64,000 bases of DNA, taken from Bacteroidota bacterium (GTDB taxonomy: Bacteria; Bacteroidota; Bacteroidia; Bacteroidales; WCHB1-69). The notes beneath the pieces are model-generated. The model did not search any database, was not told the DNA's origin, and saw nothing but the letters and a program-made list of their open reading frames with translations. The DNA lies in contig WRGQ01000170.1 in assembly GCA_009787115.1 (NCBI GenBank), positions 21,640 through 85,639 of the forward strand. The letters run 5' to 3'. Below are positions 61,675 through 64,000 of the stretch, in pieces. Every line of letters starts with the position of its first letter. Position 1 is the stretch's first letter. The position numbers and the translations under genes are program-made.

Positions 61675-63999
61675 ATGGCTATGATTAAAAAATTACTCTT
61701 TACACTTTTTTTGTGTATGCTGTTTGGAGGCGCTATGTATGCCCAAAGCACTATTAAAGGGGTGATCACTGATCCAAGCGGTAAACCCATTCCGTACCTT
61801 CAAGTTCTTTTAAAACAAGAGGATAAGGTAATTAATGGAGCTTATACCGACGAGGGTGGCGCCTATCAAATTTTTGGTGTTCCTGCAGGTACGTATGACA
61901 TTACGGCCGGAGGAACCATGGTATGTTTAACTACTCACACCGAAAAGGGTATTTATGTGCCAAGTTCGGAGGTGAAGTTTGTTAATCTGAAGATTGACTG
62001 TTCATCAACCGAATTGGAGGAAGTGGTGGTCGAATACAAACCTCCCATTTTTTCTCAGGACAATACGACTTCATCTACTAAATTAACAGGAGATGAAGTA
62101 CGTAAAACACCGGGGCGTTCCATCTCTAACGTTCTCTCCAGTATGGGAGGGGTAGCAAGTGTAGATGGATCTGTTTCTTCTGTTCGCGGCGCTCGCAGCG
62201 ATGCACACACAACCATCATTGACGGTGTTCGTGTGAGTGGTAATAGCGGAGTTGCCTGGGAAACGATTGAAGGCTTCGAACTTATACAGGGTGGTATTCC
62301 CGCTGAATTTGGAGATGCTACCAGTTTCACCGTTTTAACAACACGCGGAGTATCTAAAGACTATCACGGAAGCATAGGCCTCCGTAGCTCCCTTGAAGGA
62401 TATGGGCAAATGTCAATGGATCTTATGCTTACCGGACCTATCCTCAAAGGTAAAACTCCACAAGACCCCGCACGAATGGGCTTCTTAATTGCTGCCGAAG
62501 GGAATTATAATGTTGACGGTCACCCTGCAGCAGGAGGCACTTGGGAAGCAAAACCCGAAGCAATTCAGGAAATACTTGCTAACCCTGTGGATATTATACC
62601 CGAAGGTAATGGATATAAATCCGTTTATAATGCAAATTACCTTGACAAGGATAATTTTCAAAAATTGAGAGTACGTAAAAATGCACAAAATTGGGGATTC
62701 CTTGCTCAGGCTAAAATTGATATTATGGGAGGCGGGAAAGATGCACGCGGAAGGTCAAAGAATAATCTCAGATTCTCTTTGAGCGGTTCTTATCAATATG
62801 TCAATGCCCTTAATTGGGGAAGATATGCCGCATTATTTAATTCTATAAATAATAGTGTAACTACTCAAAGTACGGTTCGGTTAAGCGCCAGAATAAATCA
62901 CCGCGTAAAAACAGATACTGCTGCCAATGCCATCCTTAAAAACATTATGTATGACATTAATGTTAATTATCAATTATATAATTCTAAACAAGAAGATAAA
63001 ATTCATAGAAATAATCTCTTTAATTATGGTTATGTAGGTAAATTTACTACCGATAGAACCAATTTTTATGCAATAGAACGACAGAATTTTCCAATTGGTC
63101 AGGGAGATTCAATGACTTATGATGTACCTACATTAAAAATATATCAGGGTATTTCATGGGTTGCTTTTGATAAAGACGGATATAAATTTGACGGCAACTA
63201 TATTAATCCGGGCTTAGTACCTTATACACAAAATTTCGTAGATTTTATTCTTAGAGAGACAGGAGTGGATATTCGTAATGCAAGCGAAGAAGAGCGGATG
63301 ATAGTTCAACAATTTTTGGCACGAACTTTGGATGATGAGCAATACACTTTCTATTCCGGATTACTTAATGGAGATGCACCGAAATCGATTGGCAATGGCT
63401 TATTTCAAGCTCCCGGCGTTGGCAATGGCTCTGTCGGTAAAGCAAGAACAGCAACCATCGGCGGAAAAGCAAATTTAGCACTAAACATTAAAAACCACGA
63501 AGTTAAATTCGGGGTTGAATTTGAAAAACGTACCGCCAGAAGTTATTCCTTGGGTGCAAGAGGATTATGGGGGCTTATGAGAGGTTTGACTTATAATGCA
63601 ACTGCTATCTTTGCTCTTGACTATGGAAAACCCTACTGGAAAAGCGGAGAAAAATACCCTATATTTATTGATGGCGTTATTGCAGATACTCTGATGTATG
63701 AAGTCATTTCAACTTTTTCAAATTTTGATATGAACTTCAGAAAACTCAAAGGAATTACGGATGATGGCATACTGCTTGATATTGACAGTTATGACCCCAG
63801 TGAATTTTCAATAGACTTATTTTCTAATTATGAATTGTTCAATGGAGGAAAACCCAATACCATTTTGATTAGTTATAGTGGATATGACTATACAGGGAAA
63901 CTTTCGAAGTCAAAAATAAATTTAAAAGAATTCTTCTCGGGAGGAGATTTGCATAATCAGGGCAAATATGCTATTGGCGCTTATGAACCTGTTTACATG
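61675..63999 (+). CDS. TonB-dependent receptor (SusC/CarboxypepD_reg type), 3' end outside window
   Basis: My own translation gives 'MAMIKKLLFTLFLCMLFGGAMYAQSTIKGVITDPSGKPIPYLQVLL...' (CarboxypepD_reg) and then the plug 'LTGDEVRKTPGRSISNVLSSMGGVASVDG...VRGARSD'. The frame stays open to the window end. Confidence 0.8.
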   Translation, partial: MAMIKKLLFTLFLCMLFGGAMYAQSTIKGVITDPSGKPIPYLQVLLKQEDKVINGAYTDEGGAYQIFGVPAGTYDITAGGTMVCLTTHTEKGIYVPSSEVKFVNLKIDCSSTELEEVVVEYKPPIFSQDNTTSSTKLTGDEVRKTPGRSISNVLSSMGGVASVDGSVSSVRGARSDAHTTIIDGVRVSGNSGVAWETIEGFELIQGGIPAEFGDATSFTVLTTRGVSKDYHGSIGLRSSLEGYGQMSMDLMLTGPILKGKTPQDPARMGFLIAAEGNYNVDGHPAAGGTWEAKPEAIQEILANPVDIIPEGNGYKSVYNANYLDKDNFQKLRVRKNAQNWGFLAQAKIDIMGGGKDARGRSKNNLRFSLSGSYQYVNALNWGRYAALFNSINNSVTTQSTVRLSARINHRVKTDTAANAILKNIMYDINVNYQLYNSKQEDKIHRNNLFNYGYVGKFTTDRTNFYAIERQNFPIGQGDSMTYDVPTLKIYQGISWVAFDKDGYKFDGNYINPGLVPYTQNFVDFILRETGVDIRNASEEERMIVQQFLARTLDDEQYTFYSGLLNGDAPKSIGNGLFQAPGVGNGSVGKARTATIGGKANLALNIKNHEVKFGVEFEKRTARSYSLGARGLWGLMRGLTYNATAIFALDYGKPYWKSGEKYPIFIDGVIADTLMYEVISTFSNFDMNFRKLKGITDDGILLDIDSYDPSEFSIDLFSNYELFNGGKPNTILISYSGYDYTGKLSKSKINLKEFFSGGDLHNQGKYAIGAYEPVYM

Positions 64000-64000
64000 G

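Noticed and set aside
1-64000. tRNA, rRNA, riboswitch or other structured RNA genes
   Set aside because: Scanning the intergenic regions by eye showed no T-loop or anticodon-arm pattern, no rRNA-like conserved stretch and no recognisable riboswitch core. Dedicated tools (tRNAscan-SE, Infernal) would be needed to exclude small RNAs.

Overview
This is a low-GC window that looks like a Bacteroidota chromosome. The supporting signs are T9SS C-terminal sorting domains, CarboxypepD_reg/TonB-dependent receptors, a FISUMP lipoprotein, an S46 peptidase and a subtype-iii-style T6SS. I recognised no rRNA, tRNA, CRISPR array, transposase or integrase.

Ordinary housekeeping genes occupy 1-16.4 kb: metG, an Fe-ADH, a GH13 branching enzyme, rluD, a dNK, manC-like and nth. 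More occupy 47.5-64 kb: TonB receptors, rluA-family, a fused ABC ATPase, an LTA-synthase-like sulfatase, ogt, pepP, a PASTA protein and a DEDDh exonuclease.

Between them lies a block of about 30.7 kb and 26 genes, all on the minus strand (16426-47097). Most gene junctions in it are short or overlapping. It encodes a type VI secretion system: clpV/tssH, tssB, tssC, two hcp-like genes, vgrG, a DUF4280 PAAR-like cap, two large effectors, and tssG, tssK, tssE and tssF.

The main finding is a full ubiquitin-like protein-conjugation toolkit embedded inside this operon and translationally coupled to its genes:
- A 109-aa beta-grasp Ubl ends in a free ...RVIAG-stop.
- A UBC-fold E2 carries HPN...C.
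- A ThiF/E1-like adenylating enzyme has its stop overlapping the tssG start.
- A polytopic membrane protein combines a lipoprotein signal, a vWA domain, a RING-H2-like finger and a C-terminal FHA domain. It is the E3 candidate.
- A membrane-anchored JAB/MPN isopeptidase has a perfect E...HxHx7Sx2D motif.

I do not know of a described T6SS that carries its own E1/E2/E3/DUB/Ubl module. All assignments come from reading motifs by eye. No HMM, BLAST or structure prediction was run.
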